DNA from: Lacunisphaera sp.
GTDB lineage: Bacteria; Verrucomicrobiota; Verrucomicrobiia; Opitutales; Opitutaceae
Length of the DNA stretch: 64,000 nt
Assembly: GCA_046590295.1 (NCBI GenBank)
Contig: JBKJTZ010000108.1
Span: 985-64,984, forward strand
Reading direction: 5' to 3'
Below the pieces are notes generated by a model. It did no database searches. It saw only the letters and a program-made list of their open reading frames with translations, and was not told the DNA's origin. The position numbers and the translations under genes are program-made. Positions 27,414-37,277 of this stretch are shown here, one piece after another; the stretch's first letter is position 1, and every line of letters starts with the position of its first letter.

Positions 27414-28333
27414 TCATCACGTGGCTCACCGGGGGACTCGGCAACCAGATGTTCCAGTATGCCGCCGGCCTCGCGCTCGCCGAGCGCCGGCGCACCACCC
27501 TCAAGCTGGACGTGTCGTGGTTCCGGGAGGACCCCGGCCTCGAGGCGCACAACCGCTACGCGCTTTCCTGCCTGAACATCACCGAGCAGTTCGCGACGCA
27601 GGAGGAGATCGAGCAGGTCCGCGGCCTGGCGCTGACGCGCACCGAGCGCTGGTCGGTCGCCCTCGCGCGCACGCTGCGGCTGCAGCACTACGTCCGGCGG
27701 CACGGCGCCCGGGGCAACTGGCACCAACCGCCCACCTTCGCGTTTTATCCCGAGTTCCTTGAGCAGCCCGACCCCACCTACCTCAACGGGATGTTCCAGT
27801 CGGAAAAGTTCTTCTCCGGCGCCGCCGACGTGCTCCGCCAGCACTTCTCCTTCCGATATCCACCGACACCCGAGGTCGCGGCGCTGGCCGACCGGATCCG
27901 CGGGGGTCCCTCCGCCGCCGTCCACTTCCGCCGCGGCGACTACCAACGCAATGCCACCTTCGCCCAGGAAATCGGGATGCTCGACCTGGCCTACTACGAC
28001 CGCGCTGTCCGGCTGCTCCGCGAGCGCAGCCCCGGGGCCACGCTCTATATTTTTTCCGACGACATCGAATCGGTCGCCCGGGAATTCAAGCCGCCCGGTC
28101 CGCACGAGTTTGTGCGCTGCGTGAAACCTTGGCACGCCCACGACAAGATCCGGCTCATGTCGCTGTGCGACCATCTCGCGATCGCCAACAGCACGTTCTC
28201 CTGGTGGGCCGCATGGCTGAATCCTTCGCCCACCAAGCTCGTGGTGGCTCCTGATCCTTGGTTTGACCAGAGTCGGCACGACGCATCGGATGTCGTGCCG
28301 ACCGGCTGGATCCGACTCCCCCGCCAAGGTTGA
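27410..28333 (+). CDS. Alpha-1,2-fucosyltransferase (GT11)
   Basis: ATGA overlap. GGLGNQMFQYAAG, VHFRRGDY and IANSTFSWWAAWL are the three GT11 motifs. Confidence 0.8.
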   Translation: MIITWLTGGLGNQMFQYAAGLALAERRRTTLKLDVSWFREDPGLEAHNRYALSCLNITEQFATQEEIEQVRGLALTRTERWSVALARTLRLQHYVRRHGARGNWHQPPTFAFYPEFLEQPDPTYLNGMFQSEKFFSGAADVLRQHFSFRYPPTPEVAALADRIRGGPSAAVHFRRGDYQRNATFAQEIGMLDLAYYDRAVRLLRERSPGATLYIFSDDIESVAREFKPPGPHEFVRCVKPWHAHDKIRLMSLCDHLAIANSTFSWWAAWLNPSPTKLVVAPDPWFDQSRHDASDVVPTGWIRLPRQG

Positions 28334-28513
28334 ACTTACCGTCTGCCTTCGCCGAAGACCAGGGTGGTGCCGCAATCGTGATGGAACCCCGCCGTTCCAT
28401 CCAAGTCAATTCGCTGGCCATCAAGCAAGCGGTCATTGCCCCGGGTCATGCGCCAGCCTTTCTCCACACCGGCGATACCGCGCACTGGCGCGTCTGGCTC
28501 CGACGCTCTTGAA

Positions 28514-29263
28514 ATGAATGCCTTGATCCACCCCCTGGCCAAAATCCTGCGGCGCGCCGGCCTCGTGCTGGCCCGCACGCGGCACCGCGGTGTCCGCTAT
28601 CTGGATCATGTCCCGGCCTCGGCTTTCCACGACGTGCTGCTGCGGATTTTTCCGGAACTACACGGCCTCCGCTTTATCCAGGTCGGCGCCAACGACGGCC
28701 AGCGCGCCGACCCGCTGCAACCTTTCATCGACCATTACGCCTGGACCGGACTGATGCTCGAGCCGCTCCCGCAAAATTTCGCCTCATTGCAGCGCCTCCG
28801 CGGCGCCAATCCTCGCCTGCGACTGCGCCGCGCCGCGGTGGACGTGGCCCCAGGTCGACGGCTGATCTATGACCTCGCGCCGTCCGCCACCGTGTCCCTG
28901 CCCGACTGGACCCGTGGCCTCGGCAGTTTTTCCCGCGAGCGCCTGGAGCAGGTCACGCGCGAACTTGGTCTGCCGGATACGGCGATCGTGGCGGCGGAGG
29001 TCGAGACCATCGCATGGGAGGAAGTCTGGCGGGATTCCGGCTGCCCGCAATGCGACCTGCTCGTGCTCGACACCGAAGGCTATGATCTGACCCTGCTCCG
29101 CGCTTGCGGGCTGGCCGAGCACCGGCCGCGCGTCATTCTGTTTGAACACGCCTGCTATACATTGCCCGAGCGCTTGGATTTCTACCGTGAATTGCTCGAA
29201 CTCGGCTACGACCTGGCGACCTGCGAGGGCGACACGGTCGCCAGTCTGCCCACCCCCCGGTGA
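28514..29263 (+). CDS. FkbM-family methyltransferase (paralog 2)
   Basis: ORF 28436..29263. The start is uncertain: ATG 28448 or ATG 28514. It carries FIQVGANDGQRADP...CDLLVLDTEGYDLTLL. Confidence 0.65.
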   Translation: MNALIHPLAKILRRAGLVLARTRHRGVRYLDHVPASAFHDVLLRIFPELHGLRFIQVGANDGQRADPLQPFIDHYAWTGLMLEPLPQNFASLQRLRGANPRLRLRRAAVDVAPGRRLIYDLAPSATVSLPDWTRGLGSFSRERLEQVTRELGLPDTAIVAAEVETIAWEEVWRDSGCPQCDLLVLDTEGYDLTLLRACGLAEHRPRVILFEHACYTLPERLDFYRELLELGYDLATCEGDTVASLPTPR

Positions 29264-30378
29264 AAATTGCCTTCATCTCCGCCATTCTGCATTACCCGTG
29301 GGGCGGGGCCGATACGCTTTGGACGCACGCCGCCGAGGCGGCCTCTCGCCGGGGCGACCAGCTGCTGCTCTCGGTTTCCACGGCAGTGACGGGCCACCCG
29401 CGCATCGCGGCCCTGATCGGCGCCGGAGCGGAAGTCGTGGTGCGCAATCCACCGGTGGTCCCCGCCTCGCTAGCCGCTCGTGTTCTCCGGAAGCTGGGTT
29501 TGGCCAGATCCGCCGACGCCCGGCTGATCGCGGCGCTGGGCAAGTTCCGACCCGATGTAGTCGTCTTCAGCCAGGGCGGAACTTATGATCTTATTTTGCA
29601 CCGGGAACTGACCGCGTGGCTGCGCGAGGCCGGCATTTCCTACCGCCTCATCGCCAACTGGCAGGAGGAGCACCCGCTGCTTGAGCCAGCGGACCTCACT
29701 TTTATTCGCGAGGCGTTCGCGGGGGCCGACAGCATCAACTTTGTCTCGACGCGCAACCTCACCGTGACCCGGCGTCATCTCGGCGCGGATCTGCCCAACG
29801 CCCGCGTCATCCAGAATCCGCTGCGGTGGCAGGCGGCCGATGTGACCCCGTGGCCGGCCGGCCCCGTGGCCCGCCTGGCCACCGTCTCCCGGCTCGATGA
29901 GTCCAAGGGTATCCGCCTGCTGCTTCAGGCCCTCGCCCACGCCGATCCCACGCTGCCCGACTGGCGGCTCAACATTTTCGGCCTAGGTCCCGACGAGGCG
30001 CGGCTCCGGGAGGAATCCACCCGGCTGAAGCTCGGTGATCGGGTGCGCTTCCGCGGCTATGTCCGCGAACTCCGCGCGGTCTGGTCCGACAACCAACTCA
30101 TGGTCTCGCCAGCCCTCGAGGACGGCGTGCCGATGACCATCCCCGAGGCCATGCTCTGCCAGCGTCCGGTGCTCGCCACATGCGTGGGCGGGGCCGAGGA
30201 CTGGATCCGGGCCGGCACCACCGGATTCCTTTGTCCCGCCCCGACCGTCGAGGCCCTCGCGGCGACCCTGCGCGATGCCTGCGCCGCGCACGCGCAATGG
30301 GAAGACATGGGCCGCCACGCCGCGACAGCCGCCGCTGCGCATTACCGGCCGGACGATCATCTCCTGCTCATCTCCTGA
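29260..30378 (+). CDS. Glycosyltransferase, GT4-type
   Basis: GTG start with GTGA overlap. It carries LEDGVPMTIPEAMLCQRPVLAT. Confidence 0.7.
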   Translation: MKIAFISAILHYPWGGADTLWTHAAEAASRRGDQLLLSVSTAVTGHPRIAALIGAGAEVVVRNPPVVPASLAARVLRKLGLARSADARLIAALGKFRPDVVVFSQGGTYDLILHRELTAWLREAGISYRLIANWQEEHPLLEPADLTFIREAFAGADSINFVSTRNLTVTRRHLGADLPNARVIQNPLRWQAADVTPWPAGPVARLATVSRLDESKGIRLLLQALAHADPTLPDWRLNIFGLGPDEARLREESTRLKLGDRVRFRGYVRELRAVWSDNQLMVSPALEDGVPMTIPEAMLCQRPVLATCVGGAEDWIRAGTTGFLCPAPTVEALAATLRDACAAHAQWEDMGRHAATAAAAHYRPDDHLLLIS

Positions 30379-30382
30379 TATC

Positions 30383-32173
30383 GTGGCCATCCCCGCTTCC
30401 TCCTCAGTCATTCTTGGCATCGGCGGGCTCCTCGGCCACGACGCCAACGCCGCGCTGCTGGTCGACGGCCGGTTGATCGCCGCCTCCCAGGAGGAGCGCC
30501 ATACGCGACGGAAGCACGATGGTAATTTTCCGCACCAGGCCATCGCCGACTGCCTCCGGCTGGCCGGGCTGGCATCGAAAGCCGTCACCGATGTCGTCTT
30601 CGCGGAAAAGCCGCTGCAGACCCAGTTGTTCAATCTTTCCGGTCGGCCCGGCAATGTCCTCACGCGTGCGTTGGGACATATTCTGCCGCTGGCGCTCCCC
30701 GGTTATTACACCCAGCCGGCGCGGCGGCTGCTGCCCCGGGCACGGTTTCATTTCGCGTGGCACCATCTGACCCATGTCGCCGGTGCCTACCACACCTCGC
30801 CGTTTGAGCGCGCCGCGTTTCTCTGCGTCGACGGCAAGGGCGAGGACTACTCCGCCAGCGCCGGCCTTATCGACCAGGACGGAATTGAGCTGCGCTGGGA
30901 ACAGAACTACGAAAATGGCCTGGGCCTGTTCTATACGCTGGTCACCAATTATCTCGGGTTTCTGTCGTTCGGCTCGGAATACAAGGTCATGGGCCTCGCG
31001 CCCTACGGACGGCCGGTGTTTGTCGAACGCCTCGCCCGGCTTTACAGCACGGATGAGCGAGGCGGCCTGTGCCTCCGCGCCCCCGTGCGTTTCCAATGGG
31101 AGTCCATGATGGCCGCACTCCCGCTCATCGCCAAAGCCACCGGGGTCCCGGTGCGCCGCCCCCAGGATCCGTTGACCGAAGCGCACATCGACATCGCCCA
31201 CTCGCTTCAGCAGATCTTCGAGGACGAGGTATTCAAGATGGCGCGATTCATCCGGGCGGATACCGGGGCAGACCAGCTGCTGTTCTGCGGCGGCTGCGCG
31301 CAGAACTGCGTCACCGCCGGCAAGCTCCGCGCGGCCAAGATTTTTCCCGCCATCTTCAACTCGCCGGTCGGCGGCGACATGGGTAGCGGGCTCGGAGCCG
31401 CGCTGCTGCTGGAGCGCGAGCGCGGCGGCGGTCGTCCCTTCAAGATCGACGCCCGCGGCTTTTACTTGGGCGGGGAGCCCGGCGCCATCCCCCCCCTCGC
31501 GCAACCCTGGCGGGTCCCGGTCGAGGGTGATCTGTTCGCTTTCATCGCGGACCGGCTGGCCGAGGGCCGGATCGTGGCCTGGGTGCGCGGCCGCATGGAG
31601 CTTGGCGCCCGGGCGCTGGGCGCGCGTTCGATCCTCGCCGATGCCCGTCAGCCGGGCATGCAGTCCCGCCTCAACCTCGCGGTGAAGTTCCGCGAGTCCT
31701 TCCGCCCGTTCGCGCCGCTCGTGCTCGCCGAGGATTGCGCCGCGTGGTTCGACACCGTCGAGCCGAGCGACTACATGCAATACACGGCCAATCTCGTGCC
31801 CGGCCGCCGCGCCCCGCAGCCGGAGCAGTTCGCCTCCCTCCGCGAGCGTCTCGACTTCCCGCGCAGTGAAATCGGCAGCGTCATTCACGTCGATTATTCG
31901 GCGCGCCTCCAGACCATCAGCCGGGACGTGCATCCCGACATGCACCGGCTGCTCACAGCCTTCAAGCGGGTGACCGGCGTGCCGATCCTCATCAACACCA
32001 GCTACAACGTCTCCGGTCAGCCGATCGTCCATACAGCCGCCGAGGCGTGGGATTGCTTCCTCAACACCGACATCGACCTGCTCGTCCTCAACGATCAGGT
32101 TTTTCGCAACCCGCAGGAAAAATCACGGGAGGAAAAACTCACATGGCTCGCGCAATTCGCCAAATCGGCCTGA
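30383..32173 (+). CDS. Carbamoyltransferase (NodU/CmcH family)
   Basis: Probable GTG start at 30383 within ORF 30275..32173. ILGIGG..HDANAALLVDGRLIAASQEERHTRRKHDGNFP and the C-terminal INTSYNVSGQPIV. Confidence 0.85.
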   Translation: MAIPASSSVILGIGGLLGHDANAALLVDGRLIAASQEERHTRRKHDGNFPHQAIADCLRLAGLASKAVTDVVFAEKPLQTQLFNLSGRPGNVLTRALGHILPLALPGYYTQPARRLLPRARFHFAWHHLTHVAGAYHTSPFERAAFLCVDGKGEDYSASAGLIDQDGIELRWEQNYENGLGLFYTLVTNYLGFLSFGSEYKVMGLAPYGRPVFVERLARLYSTDERGGLCLRAPVRFQWESMMAALPLIAKATGVPVRRPQDPLTEAHIDIAHSLQQIFEDEVFKMARFIRADTGADQLLFCGGCAQNCVTAGKLRAAKIFPAIFNSPVGGDMGSGLGAALLLERERGGGRPFKIDARGFYLGGEPGAIPPLAQPWRVPVEGDLFAFIADRLAEGRIVAWVRGRMELGARALGARSILADARQPGMQSRLNLAVKFRESFRPFAPLVLAEDCAAWFDTVEPSDYMQYTANLVPGRRAPQPEQFASLRERLDFPRSEIGSVIHVDYSARLQTISRDVHPDMHRLLTAFKRVTGVPILINTSYNVSGQPIVHTAAEAWDCFLNTDIDLLVLNDQVFRNPQEKSREEKLTWLAQFAKSA

Positions 32174-32279
32174 AGATATTCGTCGCCCTGCTACGCGTTT
32201 TGGTCCGCCCGGCCCCCGCCGGCTGGCGGCGCAGCACCCGGCCCAACGGTCTCACTGGCCGTTGAACCGCCCCGCTCCC

Positions 32280-32840
32280 ATGTCACCCTTCCACACGTTG
32301 CTTCAACTCTGCCGGCACGGCCGCGCGCGTCTGACCGGATCGCGGCTGGGCCCGCCACGCTACCTCGCCGCCGCCATCGACTGGCACCGGGGTGCCGCGC
32401 ATGCCAATGACTTTGGCGAAATCACCGTAGGGCCCGGCGCGTGGATCGAGCAGGGCGTGGTCCTGAACGCCTTCGGCGGATCCGTCCGCATCGGGCGCGA
32501 TGTCTTCCTCGGACCGCACACCGTGATCTACGGCCACGGCGGGGTCGAGATCGGCGACGACTGCCTCATCGCGATGCATTGCCGCATCCTCTCTTCCAAC
32601 CACACGGTCGCACCGTTCGGCACGCCCATCCGGTCGCAACCCGATGTGCTGCGGCCGACCCGCCTCGGTCACGATGTCTGGCTCGGCGCGGGTGTCACCG
32701 TGCTCGGCGGCGTCACCATTGGGGACGGCTGCATCGTGGGCGCCGGCGCCGTGGTGACCAAGGACCTGCCGCCCGGCGCCATCTGCCACGGCACCCCCGC
32801 CGTCGTCCAAGGCTGGCGCCAGGGAGCCTCCCCCGCTTGA
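32280..32840 (+). CDS. Hexapeptide-repeat (LbH) acyltransferase
   Basis: ORF 32262..32840. Repeated [LIV]-G-x4 turns are visible: VRIGRDVFLGPHTVIYG..VEIGDDCLIAMHCRI..LGHDVWLGAGVTVLGGVTIGDGCIVGAGAVV. Confidence 0.7.
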   Translation: MSPFHTLLQLCRHGRARLTGSRLGPPRYLAAAIDWHRGAAHANDFGEITVGPGAWIEQGVVLNAFGGSVRIGRDVFLGPHTVIYGHGGVEIGDDCLIAMHCRILSSNHTVAPFGTPIRSQPDVLRPTRLGHDVWLGAGVTVLGGVTIGDGCIVGAGAVVTKDLPPGAICHGTPAVVQGWRQGASPA

Positions 32841-34509
32841 CCATCCCGTCCCCTCGCCACTCCCCCGTCCGGTTCGCACGTGCGCCGCACCTGGCCTTGG
32901 CCATCGCGCTTGTCACGATGCTGGGGCTCGCCGGGTTGGGCGAGATGCGGCTTTATTACGACTATGCTTGGCAGCTCATGAGCGTGCAGGACCACGCCCG
33001 CGGCGACACGGCCAGTCCGTTTGTCATGCGCAGCGCAGATCATGGAGACCTGACGCGTGACCGCACCGAATGGACCATCGGTTATCCGCTAGCGTATAAC
33101 GCGGTGGGCGCGGTGCTCTGCTCGACGGGCCTGCCACCCGGCGCGACGCACCGGATCATCGCGACGGGTGCGGTGATTTTGGGTATTCTCGGCTGGCACC
33201 TGCTGCTCGCGCAGTGCACGCCGCTTCCGCCGTTCGCCCGGGCCGCGGCCTTGCTGCTGGTCGGCCTTTCATTGAACGGGGCGGGGATGATAAGCTTCAT
33301 GATGCCCGAGGTTTTCCTCTTTGCCACGGTGCCCTGGCAAATGTGGTCACTCTGGCTGCTCACCTCCAACGACACGCCGTCCCGGCGCCGCCTCCTGCTG
33401 GCCGGACTGCTTGGCGCCACGACCGGCGTGGCCTACACTTTCCGCTATGTTGCCGCGCTGCATGGCCTGCCGTTGCTCGCGTTCGCAGCGGGCTGGCTGC
33501 TCTGGCGCCGGCCACAGTCCTGGTGGCCGGCCGGACTCGTCCTCGCGTTGAGCGCCGCCCTCCCGGTGGCGGCGATGAGTGTGATTAATTTCCTTCAGGT
33601 CGGGGCGATCAACTCGACGTCCAGCAACCTGCCTTGGGGCATTGCGGCCCGCTGGCCTGACCTGGGACAATGGCTGCTGGTGCTGACCGGACCGGTCCAG
33701 GCCTTGTTCGGATCTGCCATCGTCTATGACCGCGCCGGCATCTGGCTGGGGGAGCACGGGCTGGGCCTGGCGGGATTCGACGCCCTGAAACTCTGCTCCC
33801 GGTGGCTCGCGGCTGGACCGACGGTTTTGACCGCCCTGCTGCTCTTCCGCTTCGCTCCGCGCGGCCGGCTGCTGGCCGCGGGACTCGCCGGCCTGGCCGG
33901 CACCGGGCTCGGCCTTTTGTGGCTCTACAGCCACTCGGGACTGCCGCAACCCGACAGCCGCTACTCCATAGCATCCGCGTTGCTGCTCTGGCCCACGCTG
34001 GCCGGCGCCGCCTTGACTGCGTGGCATCACTCCCGGCGCTGGCGCGTGGCCTCATGGTGCTGGCCTTGCCCCCGGGGGCGGCCCAGCTTTTCGCCCTGCG
34101 GGCGCATGAACTCGCGCTGTTGCCACTGTGGCAGGGACGGATCGGTGACATCATTGCCGGCGGCCAGGTCGAACCGGCCGCGCTCCGGGCGGCGGTCAAC
34201 GCACAGCTTCCGCCGGATTCCGGAGATGTGGTCTGGATGTGCTTTCAACCCAGCGTGCTATATGTGCTTGGGGGGCGTCATGTCTTTGAGTCCTATGCCG
34301 GCACGCCGGTGGAGTTCCGCTCCAGCCGGCCGGTGACCCTGGTGGTACTACGCGACAAGGCCGGCAGCATGCATCCTTCCACCTACGCCAACAATTACCA
34401 GCATCTCAACATCACGGATCGTTTGCCCGACCTGGAGCATGGCGCCTTTGATGTGTTCATCCGCCACATCGGCCCGGCCGGTTTGATTACTTCCGTCCCG
34501 CCCCGGTAA
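32837..34509 (+). pseudogene. Polytopic membrane protein with soluble C-terminal domain; reading frame broken near 34020-34040
   Basis: Frame A (ORF 32441..34336) gives about 10 plausible TM segments up to ...ALLLWPTLAGAALTAWHH, then turns into R/C/S-rich text. Frame B (ORF 33802..34509) becomes protein-like from ...LPALARGLMVLALPPGAAQLFAL... and ends with TAATG coupling to the next gene. A possible TTG start at 32837 overlaps the previous stop. The break could be a real frameshift, a sequencing error or two genes. Confidence 0.45.
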
Positions 34510-35459
34510 TGAATCCACTTCCCTCCAATCCCGTGCTGTCCGTCGTGGTCCCCACCCATAATCCTCACCCGGGCCGGTTGCGGCGCACGCTGGCCGGCCT
34601 GCGGGCCCAGTCACTGCCCGCCGCCCGGTGGGAATTATTGCTGGTGGACAATGCCTCCCGCCCGGCTCTCGACGCCATGGCCATCGCCGGCGATCTGCCG
34701 GGCAATGCCCGCCTCGTGCCCGAACCGCAGCTGGGCCTCACGTCCGCCCGCCGCCGGGGCTTTCTGGCCACCCAGGGCGAAATTATCGTGCTGGTGGACG
34801 ACGACAATGTGCTCGCGCCAGACTACCTGGAACGGGTGCTCGAGTTGTTCGCTTCCCATCAGAAAGTCGGCGCGCTCGGCGGGCGGAGCCTGCCGGAGTT
34901 CGAGCAGACGCCGCCCGCCTGGGTGCGGGAGTTCGACGACCTGCTCGCCTGCCGCGATCTCGGCTGGACCCCGCTCATCTCGACCGGCCTGACCCATCCG
35001 GAAACCGGCCGCCACGAATATCCGGCCTTCGCCCCCATCGGCGCCGGCATGGCCCTGCGTCGCGCCGCCGCCACCGCCTGGTTGGACAACCCCACGGCAA
35101 CCAATCTCACCGATCGGCGCGGCGGGGAACTGACTTCCGGCGGCGACAACGACATCGTGTTCTGCGCCATGCGCGCCGGTTGGGAAGTCGGCTACTTTCC
35201 CCTCCTGTCGCTGACGCACCTGATTCCCGCCGAGCGCATGACCCGGGATTATCTCGCCCGGCTCAACCGTGGCATCCAGAAATCGTGGATGCAGGTGCTC
35301 GCGCTCCACGACGCAAATCCCTTCCCCCCACTAACCCGCACCGGCGCCATTCTCCGCGAGATTAAAGCCTACTTCTCCTACCGCGCCTGGTCTTCCTCCA
35401 CCGCCTACATCCGCTGGCAGGGTGCCCGCGGTCATTTCGAAGGACGGGCGGGATTGTGA
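34509..35459 (+). CDS. Glycosyltransferase family 2
   Basis: LSVVVPTHNPHPGRLRRTLAGLRAQS, LLVDNAS and IIVLVDDDN (DxD). Confidence 0.8.
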   Translation: MNPLPSNPVLSVVVPTHNPHPGRLRRTLAGLRAQSLPAARWELLLVDNASRPALDAMAIAGDLPGNARLVPEPQLGLTSARRRGFLATQGEIIVLVDDDNVLAPDYLERVLELFASHQKVGALGGRSLPEFEQTPPAWVREFDDLLACRDLGWTPLISTGLTHPETGRHEYPAFAPIGAGMALRRAAATAWLDNPTATNLTDRRGGELTSGGDNDIVFCAMRAGWEVGYFPLLSLTHLIPAERMTRDYLARLNRGIQKSWMQVLALHDANPFPPLTRTGAILREIKAYFSYRAWSSSTAYIRWQGARGHFEGRAGL

Positions 35460-35466
35460 GCTGCCC

Positions 35467-36345
35467 ATGGTAATTCCTTCAATTCTCAGCCGTCGTATCC
35501 CCTTCCGGTTGATGCCACGCCTTGCTGCGCAATCCCGGGCCTGGATCGGGTCGGCGGAGCTGGTCATTCCGCTGCACGCCGCCGCCGCGTTGGCGTGGCT
35601 GTATTGGCGGCCGAGCTGGAAATCCGAAATCATCGCCCATTTCCACAAACTGCGTCCTGGCGCCCTGCTCGATGTCGGCGCCAATGTCGGCCAGACCCTC
35701 GCGGATTATCTCTCCACTGCACCCACGCAGCCTTACATTGGCCTGGAGCCAAACGCGCATGCGATGGCTTTTGTGATGGAGGTCGTCGCCCTGAATTCCC
35801 TGGCCAACGTCACCCTTGTTCCCGTAGGCGCCTCGGACAGACTGCAAATTCAGCCACTGTATTTGCCGGCCGGGCCTGGCACCGATTCCATGGCCTCACT
35901 CCGCGCAGACCTTCGTCCCGGCCTGCGCACCCGCACAGAGTGGATCAGCACCGCGCCGCTCGACACCATTCTGGATACTCTGGGTTCGCCACCGATCAGT
36001 CTCGTTAAGATCGATGTGGAAGGCGCCGAGTTTGAGGTGCTGGCCGGCATGCGAAAGCAGCTGGTTCGGTCCACCCCGGCGATTCTGTGCGAAGTCCTGC
36101 TGGCCGATCGGCAGGCCGACTTGACCGCCTACGCGGAGCGGGTGAACCGTCTCGCCGACCTGCTGTTTTCCTGTGGCTACTCGATCCATCGCGTGAGGGT
36201 AACCGGAGGCGGCCAATTGCATTCCCTTCTTCCCGTGGCGTCCTTTCCCGTCGAGTATTGGTCCCACGACCTGAACGGGGCGTGCGACTACCTCTTCGTC
36301 CATCAGAGCACCCCCGCCGCCTCGCTGCCCATCCCACCCCCCTGA
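35467..36345 (+). CDS. FkbM-family methyltransferase (paralog 3)
   Basis: ORF 35422..36345 trimmed to ATG 35467. LLDVGANVGQTL...ISLVKIDVEGAEFEVLAGM. Confidence 0.7.
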   Translation: MVIPSILSRRIPFRLMPRLAAQSRAWIGSAELVIPLHAAAALAWLYWRPSWKSEIIAHFHKLRPGALLDVGANVGQTLADYLSTAPTQPYIGLEPNAHAMAFVMEVVALNSLANVTLVPVGASDRLQIQPLYLPAGPGTDSMASLRADLRPGLRTRTEWISTAPLDTILDTLGSPPISLVKIDVEGAEFEVLAGMRKQLVRSTPAILCEVLLADRQADLTAYAERVNRLADLLFSCGYSIHRVRVTGGGQLHSLLPVASFPVEYWSHDLNGACDYLFVHQSTPAASLPIPPP

Positions 36346-37277
36346 TGTCCCTGCCCGGAAAAATCCTTTACCATGCTTGGCACTGGCCGGTCGGCAAACT
36401 TCGCGATCTCATCGCAGCCGGCGGGCCATTCGAAGCGCGCCGCACCGAGGCGGGCCGACAGGCTATGGAGGCCGCCGCTCGCGACCTGCCCGCCCTGCCC
36501 GTTGTTTCCGGCGCCCCGCTGACCGTGCATCTGCTGACCGGCGAGCGCTTCTGGTATCAGACCGCATTCTGCCTCTGGACATTCGCCCGCCAAGCCGGCC
36601 GGCCCGTCCGCCCCGTCATCTACGATGACGGCACGCTCAACGAATCCAGCCGGTCCCCGCTGGCGCGGCTGTTTCCCGGCATCCGTTTCGTGGCCCAGAC
36701 AGAAACGCTCGGCCGGCTCGACGCCCATCTGCCGGCCGCGCGCTTTCCGCACCTGCGCGAACGTTGGCTCAACTACCCCAACATCCGCAAGCTGACCGAT
36801 GTCCATGTCGGGCAATCCGGCTGGAAGCTCGTGCTCGATTCCGACCTGCTTTTTTTCCACCGTCCGACGCTGCTGGTCGACTGGCTCGATCAACCGGTGC
36901 AACCGCTGCATGCCGTCGATTGCGAGACTTCCTACGGCTACTCCCGGCCGCTGATGAACGACCTCGCGGACGCGCCGGTGGCCGAACTCGTCAATGTCGG
37001 CCTCACGGGCCTCAATGGAACCGAACTCGACTGGGAGCGCCTCGAACACTGGTGCCGCACCCTGATTGAGCGTGAGCGCACCAGCTATTACCTGGAGCAG
37101 GCGCTGATTGCCATGCTGGTGGCCGGCCGGCCTTGCACCGTCGCCCCTGCCTCCGACTATGTCACACTGCCCGTGACACCGGAGGCGCGAGAGTGCGAGG
37201 CCGTCATGCACCACTACGTCGCCAACTCCAAGAAATGGTATTTCCAGACCAACTGGCGTCACACCCTGAGCTCATGA
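36345..37277 (+). CDS. Hypothetical protein, possibly a GT-A-like glycosyltransferase
   Basis: TGATG overlap. The DxD-like context is WKLVLDSDLLFF. I recognise no confident family. It is coding-like and translationally coupled on both sides. Confidence 0.45.
   Translation: MSLPGKILYHAWHWPVGKLRDLIAAGGPFEARRTEAGRQAMEAAARDLPALPVVSGAPLTVHLLTGERFWYQTAFCLWTFARQAGRPVRPVIYDDGTLNESSRSPLARLFPGIRFVAQTETLGRLDAHLPAARFPHLRERWLNYPNIRKLTDVHVGQSGWKLVLDSDLLFFHRPTLLVDWLDQPVQPLHAVDCETSYGYSRPLMNDLADAPVAELVNVGLTGLNGTELDWERLEHWCRTLIERERTSYYLEQALIAMLVAGRPCTVAPASDYVTLPVTPEARECEAVMHHYVANSKKWYFQTNWRHTLSS

Noticed and set aside
28330-28512. A 60-aa ORF filling the gap between the GT11 and FkbM-2 genes.
   Set aside because: It overlaps the alternative upstream starts of the FkbM ORF in another frame. 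It has no recognisable motif and its composition resembles off-frame translation.
23210-32840. A Nod-factor-like system. It would consist of an ABC-2 exporter (NodIJ-like), a carbamoyltransferase (NodU-like), methyltransferases (NodS-like), a fucosyltransferase (NodZ-like) and an acetyltransferase (NodL-like).
   Set aside because: No NodC chitin-oligomer synthase, NodB deacetylase or NodA acyltransferase is recognisable. The fucosyltransferase is GT11 (alpha-1,2), not NodZ-type. The many GT4/GT2 genes and the polyprenyl-phosphate initiating enzyme fit a polysaccharide pathway better.
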